63,704 nt of DNA, filler included, from Collodictyon triciliatum (GCA_043381765.1; 7 parts of 7 records of this genome joined end to end with filler, not necessarily neighbours in it); one strand, 5' to 3'; positions 18,042 through 32,771 are shown, numbered from the whole stretch's first letter. The notes: generated from the letters alone by a model not told the origin. Made by a program: numbers and translations.

Positions 18042-18850
18042 ACAAACACAATCTCTCCGTTGTCTCCCTCCCCATTAGCAGGCTCTCTTTCTGGTTCCGG
18101 GTTTTCTTCCTTTTACTGTATGTAGGTGTTCGTGCGTAGTGTGGGTGGATTAATGAATCCAACAGCAATGTCCCAATCCTGCGCAAGTATTCCCACCCAG
18201 AATCGGCTGCTGCGGACTGTCAATCCGTCCGCCTTCATGCCCGGCTGATTTGCACCAGCAAGACTCAGGATCGCTGTGTGATTGGTCACTAAGCTGAAAG
18301 CTAATGAATGATATGCTAGCAGCTACTCTTGACCCTTCGAAAATACCAACGCAGAACGCATTGGTATCTATGCGTGCCAACTGAAGAATGCCGTAAGGAT
18401 TGGGATAATTTAAAAAAAAAAACAACTATTTCATCAAGGGGGTGTGATGGGTTTACTGTGAGGTTTTCGATCTATTTCTGGAAAATTATTCCAAATTCTT
18501 ATATCTTCCATATTAGCTTCTAATACATTCTAATACAATATTGCAAAATATGTGAAATCATTACATACTCTGTTGAACTGACACAGCTGCGAATTATCCA
18601 CCCAAGGAATCATCTTTTATAAGAACTGGCCACAGCCATAGCGAATCGTAGCGCCTCCAGCGTCCAGAAATAGACCAGGGCTTGCGGGAGACTTTCTGTT
18701 CGTTCTCCTTCACCGTTTGCACATACCAATTACATCGTAATACGAGATTCGCGATCGCGGTAAGGACAGAGAAGGATGCGGTCTTGCTCAAGATTCCACC
18801 CGGAGCAACAAACGCAGACGGCTTTTCCCTCTCAGCCCACTCCCTTCCAT
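17643..18850. ncRNA. Candidate structured non-coding RNA or spliced lncRNA locus, identity unknown
   Basis: GC-richer blocks without a convincing ORF, many helices (e.g. 18171-18180/18396-18405, perfect 10 bp) and plus-strand splice-like signals. Confidence 0.35.
17944..18041. repeat. (GTT)n microsatellite
   Basis: Directly visible. Confidence 0.95.
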
Positions 18851-18855
18851 TCTAA

Positions 18856-18996
18856 TACTTCTCCCATTTCTTTTTCTTTTTCTTTTACTTCTCCCATTTC
18901 TTTTTCTTTTTCTTTTTCTTTTTCTTTTTCTTTTTCTTTTTCTTTTTCTTTTTCTTTTTCTTTTCTTTTCTTTTCTTTTCTTTTCTTTTCTTTTCT
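18856..18996. repeat. 30-bp tandem duplication plus (TTTTTC)n/(TTTTC)n tract upstream of CLP1
   Basis: TACTTCTCCCATTTC occurs twice, followed by the SSR. Confidence 0.9.
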
Positions 18997-19021
18997 AGCT
19001 TAAAAGCAGACAACCCAGAGC

Positions 19022-21728
19022 ATGGATTTGGCCGGTCGATCGTCCAGCGGTGGGCTGGAAGCAAACAGCCAGGCATCAGTGGGCGCAGCTTCAGGCGCTC
19101 CGAAATCGCCCGAGATCAACAAGTTCGACCTGAAGGCAACGCAAGAGCTTCGCATTCAGATTGGGGAGGAGGAGTCTGTAAAGCTGAGGGTGAGTTCAGT
19201 GATTCTTTCAAGTTCCACAATCTTTTCCTTCCTCAAACCATGTTAGGTTGTGTGCCATTATCTTTCATTTTCATTTTCATTTTCATCCTATTTTGAATAA
19301 TTAATTATCTTTAGTTATAATGGTTGTGTATAAGGCTAAAGCAAGCTGTTTGTAAGGGGGAGAATAAATAAAGATAAAAAGAAATAAAAATGGAGAATAC
19401 AAGGAAGAGAAATTAGAGTAAAATATTCCGAGATGGGCCAAGATGCGAGGAGCTCATTCTGCTTTATTTTTCTCTATTATTTTTAGATGCTATCAGGTAC
19501 GGCAGAAATATTTGGAACAGAGATAGTAGCTGAAAGGTGGTATCAATTTTCAAAAACAAAAATTGCCGTCTTCACATGGAACGGGTGCATACTAGAGGTT
19601 TTTCTTTTCCCCAATTAATTCATAATATCATTTTCCGCATTTTTTTTTGTCATTGTTCCAGGTTAAAGTAATTCTAGGTCATTAATCTGTTGCTCTTGGT
19701 CTCCCAACTTCTGCAAGGATTGTATCATTCATGATGGCTACTATTTTCCCTAGATTTCAGGCAAATATACATCTGCGTACATAGGTCAAGAAACTCCGAT
19801 GGATTCTTATATGAATGTTCACTTTGCACTTCAAAAGCTACGAATTCAAGCATCTGAGGAAAAGAAACAAGGGCCTCGAGTAAATATTTCTTTTGAAGAA
19901 TTTAAATCAGGGTCGATTATGATGACAGTTTTTTTTTTGTTCTTCCTTTCAATTTGTGCAAGATGGCAGAGGTTTTGGCTCTGATTACTATGATGAATCA
20001 TTGAACTTTTAATTATACATTTCTCTCCCTCTCTTTTAATTCATTAAAAAAAAAATTCAATCAAAAATGTTCACCCGCTAAAAACCTACAAAGGTCATGT
20101 TAGTGGGACCGACAGACTCCGGCAAGTCTTCGTTGTCTCGAATTTTACTAAACTACGCTGTACGTTCGGATATGAGACCCAGTTATGTGGACTTGGATGT
20201 TGCTTTGGTTTATTTTAATTTTCATTTCATAGTCAACGCTCGACTTCGTTTTTTTATAACATTTAATCGTTTATTCGGTGCTATTTCTACCTTATGTTGA
20301 CTGTTACAATAAAGCTTTAAAATCCCCTCCCGCGGAATAGAAATATAATAATTTGATAAAAACGATTGACTACACAGGAATAAACATAATTTATATTTAT
20401 TGATATGTATACTTTACCATTCCTACACCTTTATATTTTGTTTCCTTTATTTGATCCAAGCATAAGTGGCTAAGTCTTATTTATATATCCATATCCATTC
20501 GCCTCAGTTCATTTGAAATCATATCTAATCATGTGAAGCTGACATTAGATGCTACCGCGTGATGTAAAGAAAATGCATTATTAATAAATAATTTACAGAA
20601 TGCCATCACACCACCAGGCTGCATTGCTGCTATACCTATTTTTAGACCGGTCGATGTTGAAGTTAGCAGCAGTCATTTAGAATTTACCTCTGATATGTAT
20701 ACACTTTTTAATATGTATTTTTTCTTCATTCGATTCAGATTGCTATCGTGTAATCTTATTTGACAAATTCAGGATGGATTGCCCTTGTCAGCACCTCTCT
20801 CCTATTTTTACGGACATGAAAATTATAATACTAACCCAGCCAGTTACAAGAGTTTGTGCCTTTTCCAGTTATATGGCCACCATATGCATTGAATCTTCTT
20901 TTTTTTTTTCCCTCCCCAAACCGCATCGACATTGATAGATTACCTCTAGCTCACTCGAGTACCCCACCCTCCTTGAGATAAAAATACGGTTTAGGATATT
21001 TCATTTAAAAATGTATGTATAGGCTTGGTCAATCATTTAGCTAAGGCCTTGAATATCCAAGCTGAAAAAGACCCGATTAGTATGCTTTGATCTATATACT
21101 ATCGATTATGAATTGCAAATTATCCTTAATTTTTAAAAATTGGACCGATTCATAATTCTCAGAAATGCTCAGCCCTAATCCATGAACGGAAATAATAGTA
21201 CATATCATTATTTTCATCTTGTTTAGTAAAAGCCTCCGGATTGATTATAAACACGCCCAGCTGGGTGGAAGGTCTTGGCTATCAGCTGATAGTTTATGTT
21301 GCTGAAGGCATATTTTGTCTAATTTTAGTTATAAATTGTAGCCTATACATTAGTTTATGTATCGCAATTCATGTATAGAATCAATGATTCGCTTATTATC
21401 GTATCTTTATGTATTTTCTATTCGAACAGAAGCCTTTTTTTTTTTATCTTATAATAAAAAAGATATGTAAATCTTTGAAGTGGAGCCAAAAAGTCCATGT
21501 ATCAATTATTTCAATTATGCATTTTCTAGACAATCATTTATTTTAATTATTCTAATCTTGATTTTTCTCTTGTTCTGTCCACCTTTAGTTTTGGGTGTCA
21601 CGCATATTCTCACACTTGACGATGAGAAACTCCGTAGCGACCTTCACGGAGACATAAACATCCAAAGGCGTAGAATTGTTGTTGTTCATCTACCCAAAAG
21701 CGGCGGAGTATGGCCTAGTTCCCACCTT

Positions 21729-21769
<41 letters not shown>

Positions 21770-21818
21770 ATACCAGGATAATAATCAATCATTTGTATTG
21801 ACCCCTAGGTGGTCAAGC
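19022..21818 (+). CDS. CLP1: CLP1 polynucleotide 5'-kinase / mRNA cleavage factor, 3' end lost at contig break
   Basis: [66 protein letters not shown] (P-loop), SGLIINT, LPKSGGVV. Confidence 0.95.
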
Positions 21819-21918
21819 NNNNNNNNNNNNNNNNNNNNNNNNNNNNNNNNNNNNNNNNNNNNTTAATTAATTAANNNNNNNNNNNNNNNNNNNNNNNNNN
21901 NNNNNNNNNNNNNNNNNN
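21819..21918. other. Artificial contig linker
   Basis: N44-TTAATTAATTAA-N44. Confidence 0.97.
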
Positions 21919-21958
<40 letters not shown>

Positions 21959-22012
21959 GTGCTTTGCCACAACTCTTTGCTTGTTCTCACTTAACCTTTC
22001 CCCTGGAATCAG

Positions 22013-23358
<1,346 letters not shown>

Positions 23359-24611
23359 GACGATTCTCAACCGGAAACTGGATGATTTGCATCAATCTAT
23401 TTAATGTTCATTGGGGAAGAACACCGATTCATAGAGGGGATGAGACAGTGAAAGACTGGAACACACAGCACATGCTACTGAAAGTACAAAGGACATTTTT
23501 TTTTATATTATTCCTTTCAGTTTAGAAAAAAAAAACTACACAGGACTTATGAATCTTATTTAGAGGATGTTGTGGACTCCTTCCGTTTATTCTATCTCTT
23601 CCATAAAACCCAAGCAATCGGATATGAAGTGTGCTTTGGTATTTATGTCATTTTGCAGTCTTTGCATTTCAATTTGTTCTTTATTGTAAAAAGACACGGA
23701 ATGCAAAGAAACACGGCCTTTGAATGAGGCAAAAACACGCGCGTATTCAATAAAGCATGCGTTGGGTCTATCGATTAAGCCAAATATATATTTTCTACCG
23801 TGTGGTTATGTTCTGCATGGTATAACTTTGCTCCGCTCCGTTCTCGACTCGTACGAGCCATGTTAATCAAGTGCAGGTTTTCTTTTTGTTTACTTTTAGA
23901 TTCATATTTTCACATCATGTGAACGCAGTAGAATAATTTGCCTGTTGTTTTTTCCCACACAAACCTATTATCTGCTTCATTAAATGAGAAAGCGGCACCC
24001 TTTGTTAGGCTTTTTGGGTGTGTTAAAATCTCCTATATATTTTATTGGTGTTCATTTTTTTTATGCCACAAGATTAAAGAAGAGAAAATAGGCATTGAAA
24101 TCAAACCAAAAGAAAAAAGTTCAGACAGACATTTAAGTACAAGAGCAGCGGATAGAGAAAACAAAGAGTAAAAGGAAAGAAGAAAAACGATACGAACAGT
24201 GATTAATTCATTAGAAGAGTCATAGAGCCACCAGAAATGCAGTGATTATGACACGACTCTTTCATAACCCACAAAATCAAACGATAAGAAAAAGAGAAGA
24301 AAAAGAGTCCAGTGTAAATGATAGCAAGAAATAAACAGAAAACCGGAACCTCCAAACGAACGAACAAAAATTGCCTGGGGTGTGATGCGTCTATTATAGA
24401 TTTTTGTTACTGCATTTTAGAAAAAAAAAATGAATACTCATCATCACCATTGGTAAATGTACTAATTATATATTAAGTGGAACAGGATGAATAAAAAAAA
24501 TAATAATAATAAAAAAAAAAAAGAGAGCATCTTGGTCACACAAAGAACAAAACAGAGCACTAAAAGAACTGCGCCTGCGATCATGTTAGCGTGGAATGCT
24601 AGTGAGAATAT

Positions 24612-25271
24612 TTACCAAAGCGTCATGCCAAGAAGCGGGGTGACGAGAGACACCAAAGCCGGGTCGTTGTGTGAACGGAGCTCCTGCAAAGATGAGATGA
24701 AAGCATACTCACGCAAAGCCTGGCGGACAAGCGCAGCCGAGCGTGGCGTAGCCGATGCGACTTTCAATAGCTTCGCCAAGACTCGCTTGTGAGCAAGCGA
24801 GATGTCTGGTGAGCGCAGAGCCATGGACAGAGCCGGGATGTTTGGAAGGGCCAGAAAGTTGTCAAAGAACTCTGTGTTGTAGATGCGAGACAGAACAGCG
24901 AGGATTTGAAGTGCACGCTCGGCTGATGCGTCGTTGCCGGTCAAGAGACTTGTGCAGAGTGGCACCATTCGCAGGAGGAGGCGATGGATGATGATGCAGT
25001 GGTCACTGGACTGCAGAAAACTCATGTCGAACAAGCCAGTGGCGTACGGCGTTCCCTGCGGTCCATTCGGGCCTGGGGGCCACTCGTGCACCGCAGTTGT
25101 GTTGAGACGCAAGTAATCGCTGGCCGTGTAAACCAGATGGAAGAGGATGTCCAGGCATGGTTCTACAGCCACGCTTGTTCTGTTCTCAAACGAGTACCGG
25201 AGAACCTCGGTGAGCTTCTCAACTATGCCTGCAGATTGTATGAGTTAATTGACGATTAGGAGTAGAATGTG

Positions 25272-25365
<94 letters not shown>

Positions 25366-28300
25366 GTAGTAGTAGTAGTAGTATGATGATGATGATGATG
25401 TTTGAAGTATTGCTCTACATATTACACAACACCGTGAGTATTTGTATTTTTCTCATTTTTCTCATTTTCTGTATTCAACCTCCATTTTAAGTTTAAATAA
25501 TTGTGACATATTTGTGCGATTTCTGTTGAGCTGTGTTCGTACTGATTTTTCTAAAGGAATTGATTGTTTGTACCTTGCTCGTAGAGGAAAGCACGTTGAA
25601 CCTCCGGGCACTCCACTATGTGCTTGATGAGTTGTAGATTGTGTGTAATGTTGTTCGCGTGCTCCAGCTGAAGAAAGACAAAGAACAAACCAGAAAGCTG
25701 AAGTTTGTGAATTAAGGGCACAAACGCAGCGTTACAGTTACACAGGATATTCAACATCTTGAGACCAAAGCTGTTTTATATTATTATTTTTGGTTAAGAT
25801 AAATAATTATAAAAATTGTAATAAAAAACTGGAAAAAATGTCTGTATAAATTACTCAACGGGTTCATGCGATTGTATGTGTGGAAACATGAATGTAATAT
25901 ATGTATTACATGGGTATTGGATCGTTGTCTTTCAGAATGTCTTTGCACGACGGAAGAAGATACTTTGTCACAAGCTCGTCTATCTTCCTAGTCTTTGATT
26001 CATCGGTGCTCTAAATTCGATTTGAAGCAAAATAGATAAAGCCGTATATTATTATAGGCGTTTGGTTGACTGGCTCAAAAGAATTGCACTCATAAATTAC
26101 TTAATTATATGATTGAGAAAAACTTGCACGAGGTTTTGTTTTTGTTTATTTTTATTTTATTTTATTTTATTTTATTTTATTTTATTTTATTTTATTTTAT
26201 TTTATTTTATTTTATTTTATCTTTTGCTGAATGATTAGCAAACAAACATGAAGGGAAAAAAATACCGCGTGATTATTGTAGAACCCAGAGCTGCGTAAAT
26301 AAAATAAGAGAATATCGCTGAATGTTTTCACGCAAAAAAATCGCATATCTCCTGTTTCACAGTTGAAATGGCTGGCCAGAGATGGCATCAGACTCTGGAT
26401 AATTGCCTCAAACTGTTCCAAGAGAGACGTAGGGTGCTGCACAAGAGTGTGATTTTCGTAAATGAGAAGAAGAAAAAAACAACGAATTCATAGAAAGAAT
26501 AGATAAATGGAACAAATGAATGGCTGTATTTCATTTTGTTTATTCAGCACATGAGAAGTGATATCTCTTGCATGAACAGCATGACGGGGGGGGGGGGGGG
26601 GGGGGGGGGGGGGTGGGGGGGGGGGGGGGGGGGGGGGGAAGTCATTTTAATTCAGAAAATACCTGCGAAACTGCCTCTGTAGCTGCCATGACTGATTTTT
26701 TAAAATCAGTTGGAACCGCAGGGTTGTTTAAATGCCGAGTATACCCTGAAATATCAAGCAAAAGCTGTCTGCCTATAATCCTGGGACGCGTGGTTGTATT
26801 TCCCATCAGATTAACCAATGCAGACATGAGAGTTAGGTGTCCCTAATAGAAGGCACACGTTATTCAGGTCACTCACCAAACAACTTTATTGATGTACACT
26901 CGGACCAGTACTATGCTTTCAGGAAGTTAAACTGAAAGATAATCGAAGATAAAGAAAAGCAAGTGAACCATGAGTTTGTTCTGCATAGATTGATCTATAA
27001 GAGAAAAAAAACCTTGCTCTGTGTCGAGGGTGTACCAGACACTTTCCGATTTGTTGTCTTAGTTAACTCTGTGTTAATGAGATTCACAATGGCGGGTGTC
27101 AGAGCGGCTAACTCGTCAATTAATGCCTATTCAGAAACAAAACAAAAAAAAATGCTCAGAGAGGCGGTTGAAGGCAAACCTGAACTTGGTATTATTATGT
27201 TAATACAAATTTAGATATGAGAAAGAATTTTGTTAAAATGTTGGGGTAAAATATTCATAGTATTTAGAAAATTAAATTGGTTTTTTTTTCACGAACCTCT
27301 AGACAGTCAAGGACATACTGGTCTTTTTCTCGCGAAAGCCTCTCCACTGATGGGAGTATATTTGATTGGCAAGTCAAAATCCAGACCCACCGAATATTCA
27401 TGTGGCATAATAATCGAACAAAAACGAGAGCTTTCCCACGAAGAATGAGCGAGGAGTGTTCAAATAGTTTGAACAGGCTGCTTGATTGTTTTTATATTAA
27501 GGTTAAAAGGATACATATGTGATAAATATAAGTATGCATGGATTCTATATAAATAATTGTTGCCTGGGGACAACACGCTTTTCTTCCAGCAAGGCTGTTT
27601 GAAGACGAGTGGATGGTGAAATCATGGCCAAGTTTAAGAGATTAACAAGGGACTGTTGAGTCTTTTGGTTGTTATTCTCCGACAGCCCTAAAATCACTGC
27701 TCGCAGGCCTGCTTTTTCTACTAGTTGCTGTATAAAAGATGTCCCCTGGGCAAATAAATGAATCAATAAACAATAAGTTAGCAGGGAACGAAAGTAAAAA
27801 GCAAATGTGCTTGTTTAAATGCATATTTAGAATGCATAAAACTACTTTTCATTGTGCATTCTAGTAAATTAATTCAGAGAACATAGTACACATATCGGTA
27901 TTCAATATATAACAGCGTTCGATATTACTTGGATATCATATGTCTGTCTGGCCAACTGTACAAGTGCAGATACACATGTCGACCTCAGATTGTCATTTCT
28001 AGACGTGTTAAATAAATGAAGCAACGAGAAAATGGTTTCCTGGCCAGAGAATTTTCTCGCATAATCCTGGCTATGGATTGCAACCTAGTGGGTGTTAATA
28101 AAAAAAAAATTGTTATAGGGAAGAATCATAGAGAAATAGATGTGGAAAACAATACGTTTTCGATTGTTTGCGCAGAGTATTGTTGAACGATATCATCCTC
28201 GTCACCACGCAAACATCTTGCCACAAGGTTGATAGTTGATGCAGGAAGCTGCCAAAGGTTTTGCTGTAGATATAATAAATAATCCAATTGCTTAAGTGAC

Positions 28301-31300
28301 AGGCAATCAAAAATATGTCGTGGAAGACGAAAAGAAGAGAAAAATAACGAAGCCTTGCAAGTTAATAAAAGGTAGCAGAACCTCAGATGGAGGCTGGGAT
28401 GCAAGATAAAATAGAAGTTCTCCCATAGCTGCGATGGCTTTTCTCTTAACTTTTCGGTCAGAATTTTCACGAAGCATATCCGTCAGAACAGGAAGGAGGC
28501 TTGAGTTTCTGTGGAAAGCATCAATGATAGTCAACTAAATAGCATGCACGCATGGATTTTTGGGGATAAATAGATAAAATATCAAGACTTTTTTCTTTCT
28601 TGGAAAAAAAAAAGGTGATTATATAAAGAATGAAAACAATATAGATGATGATCAAAGCAATGAGAAAGAGAACACAAATGTTTCATATTAAAATCAATCG
28701 ATGATGTGGTATAATTGATTTACTCAGTGGGTATATAGGTGGCATATCGTATCAGCATTCCAATAAGGACCAAAAGCTCTGAACGCAAGGCTGGTACTTT
28801 AAACTGCTTTGTTACCTGATTTCATAATGTGAATTATTCTTCGAATCGGGCATATTATAAGCCTCCTTTTCATGCTATACATCCAAATCGTAATTACCGG
28901 TGGTGCGTTATATTGAATGAGAGTATTTGAGGTGGAACATATCTGACAAAAACCTTGAGAGTGTTTGACAGCATACTCGATTTTACCAATAGGTTTGCTA
29001 TATTTGCTTCCTTGCATAATGAAGTAAAATAGCGTATAGTATTCAACTTTTCTGGTGCTGACAGCTGAGCATTAGACAAGTGTTTGTAGACACTTGCAAG
29101 AATCTTTTCCAACTCGCTCTAGACATCAGATATTGTAGATAATAATGAAATACCAAACATTAGTGATTTGAATACATAGCAATATGCAAAATAAATAGGA
29201 AATTTGACCATATTCTTTTCATAGAATTAGAGAGAATAGAATATGTGCATTAGGGGCTGATTAACTGCTTCTAATGACACAAGATCTGGCGCGCCGTGAT
29301 TGGGGAAAGGGAGCTGTCTGTTCAATCAAATTAATGTGAAATTTTTGTTTAAGTGATCCAATCATTAAATTGTTTAGTATTTCTGGTACTTAATAAAATT
29401 AAAGTGTAGCTGAATGTCATTACTTTGGGTCGTATTTGTACTCTGCTATTTTCTCAATCTTGGAATTTGTGATGATTGGCTTCACATGGGAGTCTGATTG
29501 ATGGAACAGATATCGGTCGATTGTTGTTGTGGATGGTCTATTAGAGGAGGAAGGCGTTGCTGCCTCGGAGTTAGACTCGTCAGCGTTGGATTCTGCATGA
29601 GCATTGCGGCCCTCTGTGTAGTTGATTTTTGGGCCCTGTAATAGGTTGAATTCGAAAATTATATCATTTAAAAGAAAATATAGGTAAGATTGGAGAATTG
29701 AAACATTCATGTAGATGACTTTATCTTTTTCTCATTGTATATTTTTCTTCCAGGTGAAAATTTTACATACATAAATGCAATTTAGTTTTCATAAAATAAA
29801 GTATAATAAAAAAAAAACATAAAAAATGTGTGCAAACCTCTTGCATCAACTGGTTCACAGCTGTATTTGGTGTTGTTGTAAATGCTCTTTTGGCTGGAAC
29901 TCGGTTGTCGATGGTCACTGGTGTTACTTGGCGAGAAGGGTCGGTCTCTGACATTAGTGTATTTATGATTTACTGATAACTTCTTAATATTGACGACAAA
30001 TACATGTAAAGAAATGTATAACGTTAAAGAATGTTTAGCATGAAAACGTGACGTCATGTCTCACTTTCTTGGTGAATGGAATTCACTTCATCCGACTCTG
30101 TTTCAAGCTCACTCATTGCCTGATTTATATACATATCGGATTTGGAAGCATAACCCGAGGAAAATGATATGTGAGAATATTTGAATGTAACAAGGGAGAA
30201 AAAATATGTTACTGTTTTCAAAAAAAATCTTAAAAATAATCAGAATAATGTCTTGCTTTTGCAGATTTCTGCTCCTCGGAATCTGCTGCCTCTGCGTTTC
30301 CGTCTTCCCAATCTTCTTCATATTCCTCCTCAAGAACCTCCTCTCTGAAAACAAGCTCATCATCATAGTTTTTAAGATACACATCTCCACCCTCGTGGAC
30401 ATCTTATGGAAAGGGTTTTGTATAAATAATTTGATGAATACTTAATTGAAAATGGTGTGCTAAGAAAGATCTGCTGGATACACAATTTTAAAAACAATAT
30501 ATGGTGCGGTAGAGTCCTGTGTTGGATAGAGCAAAATAAGGAAGTTCAAAATGAAAGAAAATTAGTTACCCCGGTTTGGCCCACGGTAATCACGAACAAC
30601 ATCTTCACTCTCCTGTAGATTCGATTTTATAATCCTGGAAAGTCGCAGCATATCGACGCCTTGCATGCGACATAATAAAGGGATATCATTTGAAAAAACT
30701 GGCGATCTAATTTGACAAATATAGGGAAGCTAATTGCTATATGCGAAATTGATAACCAACCACTGGCAGATTCTCGCATAGTTCGCTCCTTGGTGGTTGT
30801 ATTTGTCACTGTGATTGATTGTGTTTTTAGTTTGTTTGCTGCTGTGTATGCATCGAATTGTGGTTGTGGAGGCATGGGAAGTTTTTGTAAATGGTGTTTC
30901 CAGAATGGATGTTCAAGCAACTCCTATGGGAATTAAGAAAAAAGAGAGAAGGGCTTATTAAGGATGCGTTGTTCCAAAGTATTTGATATTGTGTATAAAA
31001 AGTTTAATATTTTGAATTAAAAAAAATGTGTTGGTCAAAATGAGACCAGTTTTTGTGTTACTGGATATACAGTTTTCTAGACATGCTCATTTTGAAATAG
31101 TCGAACGTATGGTGATCAAACTCTAGAAACATACATCCCACGACATTCTCTCAATCGGATCTTTCTGAAGTAGCCTATCAACCAGTGATGTGAATTCAGG
31201 GGATGCATCAAAGAGAGGTTGGTACTGCGAAAAGAGAATCATATCCATCAACTCGTGAAGACTTGTTGATATAAAAGGAGGCTTCCCAGTAAACATCTCG

Positions 31301-32494
31301 TATCTTTTTGTTTTCATGTTAAAACTCATAAATAACTGTGAACTTCTGGGATTTGGAATGAATTATTTTAAACACTAAAAAAAAAAAAAAATCGCAATGA
31401 AAATAAAGAAAAACTATGCCAAACATTCAATTAACTGGATGTTCTTTCAGAAAAAAATATAATTTGATGCGTCAATAGTTAAAGTTGTTATAGGATACAA
31501 TACACATCCGAGAGACCAAAAATCTGATGCAAAACTGTAAACTCCTCCTTGAGTTAATAATTCTGGGGCAATATAACAGAGAGTACCGCGTTTGGCAGAT
31601 GGCTTTTATATAGAAAAGATACACATTACCGCCAACAATTAATTACATCAGTAGTATAGATAATTATCATCATTGTCAAAGGAGGTATGCATGAATGAAC
31701 ATTAGAAAAAGAGTTGATACATATTCGGTTTTTTTATGAAAGTGTATCATTGTAATCTCACCATTTGGTCATTCGTTTCAAACTTGATTTCACTTATCTT
31801 TTGTGATAGGCCAAAGTCACTAAACTTGATTTGACCATAATTGTCTAGGAGGAGATTGGAAGGCTTCAAATCACCATATATGATAGACTTGGAGTGAAGA
31901 AATCTAAAGAAATACACTGTTAGTATGAAGAAACCCTCCTAGACAAATCGATCACAAGTCCTGCAAATAATTATTTTTTAAAAAAAAAAAGATAGAGATA
32001 GGGACTTCCCAGAGATTGTATAGATTGAAAAAAATTAATGTATTTCGAGCATTACTGTAATCCTGATATTATCCCCTCTCCTGTTTCTCTGATTGTGGAT
32101 TCGTTCAATCGACCGTCTAAGGCAATCATATTCAAAAGGTCCCCACCTGTGCAAAACTCCACAATAACCCAAATATGATTTGTGGTTTCGTACCACTGAT
32201 AAAACTTCAGTATATTTGGCTGATTCAGGCTCTGCAGAAAACGAACCTGGTGCGTTGGAGGGGACATAAAAAATGATGAATAATACAAATGCACTTGTTA
32301 CGATTGATTTGAAAGTTATACGAAAAGGAGGTAAGTGGTTTGATTCTTAAAATTACTTCATTTGTGACTTTTGCGCGTTGTACTTTGTCAACACTTTTAA
32401 TTGCAACAAATTCTACAGTCTTCTTCTTGCGGCCTTTGTAAACAGTGGTATGCTTCCCGCGGCCAACTTCTTGAAAAATGTGATACTGGTTCAT
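24612..32494 (-). CDS. ULK4: ULK4/RUNKEL-family kinase with C-terminal HEAT/ARM repeats; complete, multi-exon
   Basis: [124 protein letters not shown]. Confidence 0.95.
25272..25400. repeat. Compound (ATT)n(AGT)n(GAT)n intronic microsatellite
   Basis: Directly visible. Confidence 0.95.
26145..26220. repeat. (TTTTA)n intronic microsatellite
   Basis: Directly visible. Confidence 0.9.
26586..26638. repeat. Poly(G) tract in a ULK4 intron
   Basis: About 53 nt of G with one T. Confidence 0.9.
31304..31498 (-). other. Candidate U12-type (minor) intron in the ULK4 kinase domain
   Basis: Donor GTATCCTAT; TTTTAAC branch-like motif about 14 nt before the 3' end; no polypyrimidine tract; joins SLGCVL|YEMFTG. 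Confidence 0.6.
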
Positions 32495-32669
32495 TGTGCG
32501 TGGCGCATCCGACAGAATCAGCAGATGGAGCCCTGGGAAATAATAGGCAGTGAAGTGACACAGCATTGAAACACAAGAGCCACCCGAATCATATAGAACT
32601 AAGAAATTCGAGTGGTGGTGTCGGTTAGGGTAGGATAAAGTTATCGGGAAATATACCTAATAAAATGTG

Positions 32670-32771
32670 GTTTGTTTTTTGTTTTTTGTTTTTTGTTTTT
32701 TGTTTTTTGTTTTTTGTTTTTTGTTTTTTGTTTTTTGTTTTTTGTTTTTTGTTTTTTGTTTTTTGTTTTTT
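32670..32771. repeat. (TTTTTG)/(TTTTTTG)n at contig end
   Basis: Directly visible. Confidence 0.95.

Noticed and set aside
18212-18227. tRNA-Asp-like anticodon arm GCGGA-CTGTCAA-TCCGT
   Set aside because: No T-arm (TTCGA), D-arm or acceptor stem around it
18443-18586. Possible C/D snoRNA (GTGATGG ... CTGA with GTG/CAC ends)
   Set aside because: Box C is imperfect, the interior is AT-rich with no recognisable guide, and CTGAC is better explained as a branch point
18150-18700. RNase P/MRP (GAAAGTCTCCC or GAAGGGTCAAG on the minus strand) or SRP RNA (AGG...AGCAG) assignment
   Set aside because: No matching CR-V/P4 partner; helix-8 geometry and Alu domain not found
26586-26638. Poly(G) as a functional G-quadruplex or poly-Gly exon
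   Set aside because: Intronic homopolymer in an SSR-rich genome and prone to sequencing artifact
27495-27514. GTATCCTTTT on the minus strand as a U12 donor
   Set aside because: Lies inside the GC-AG intron near its 3' end, with no open exon frame leading to it
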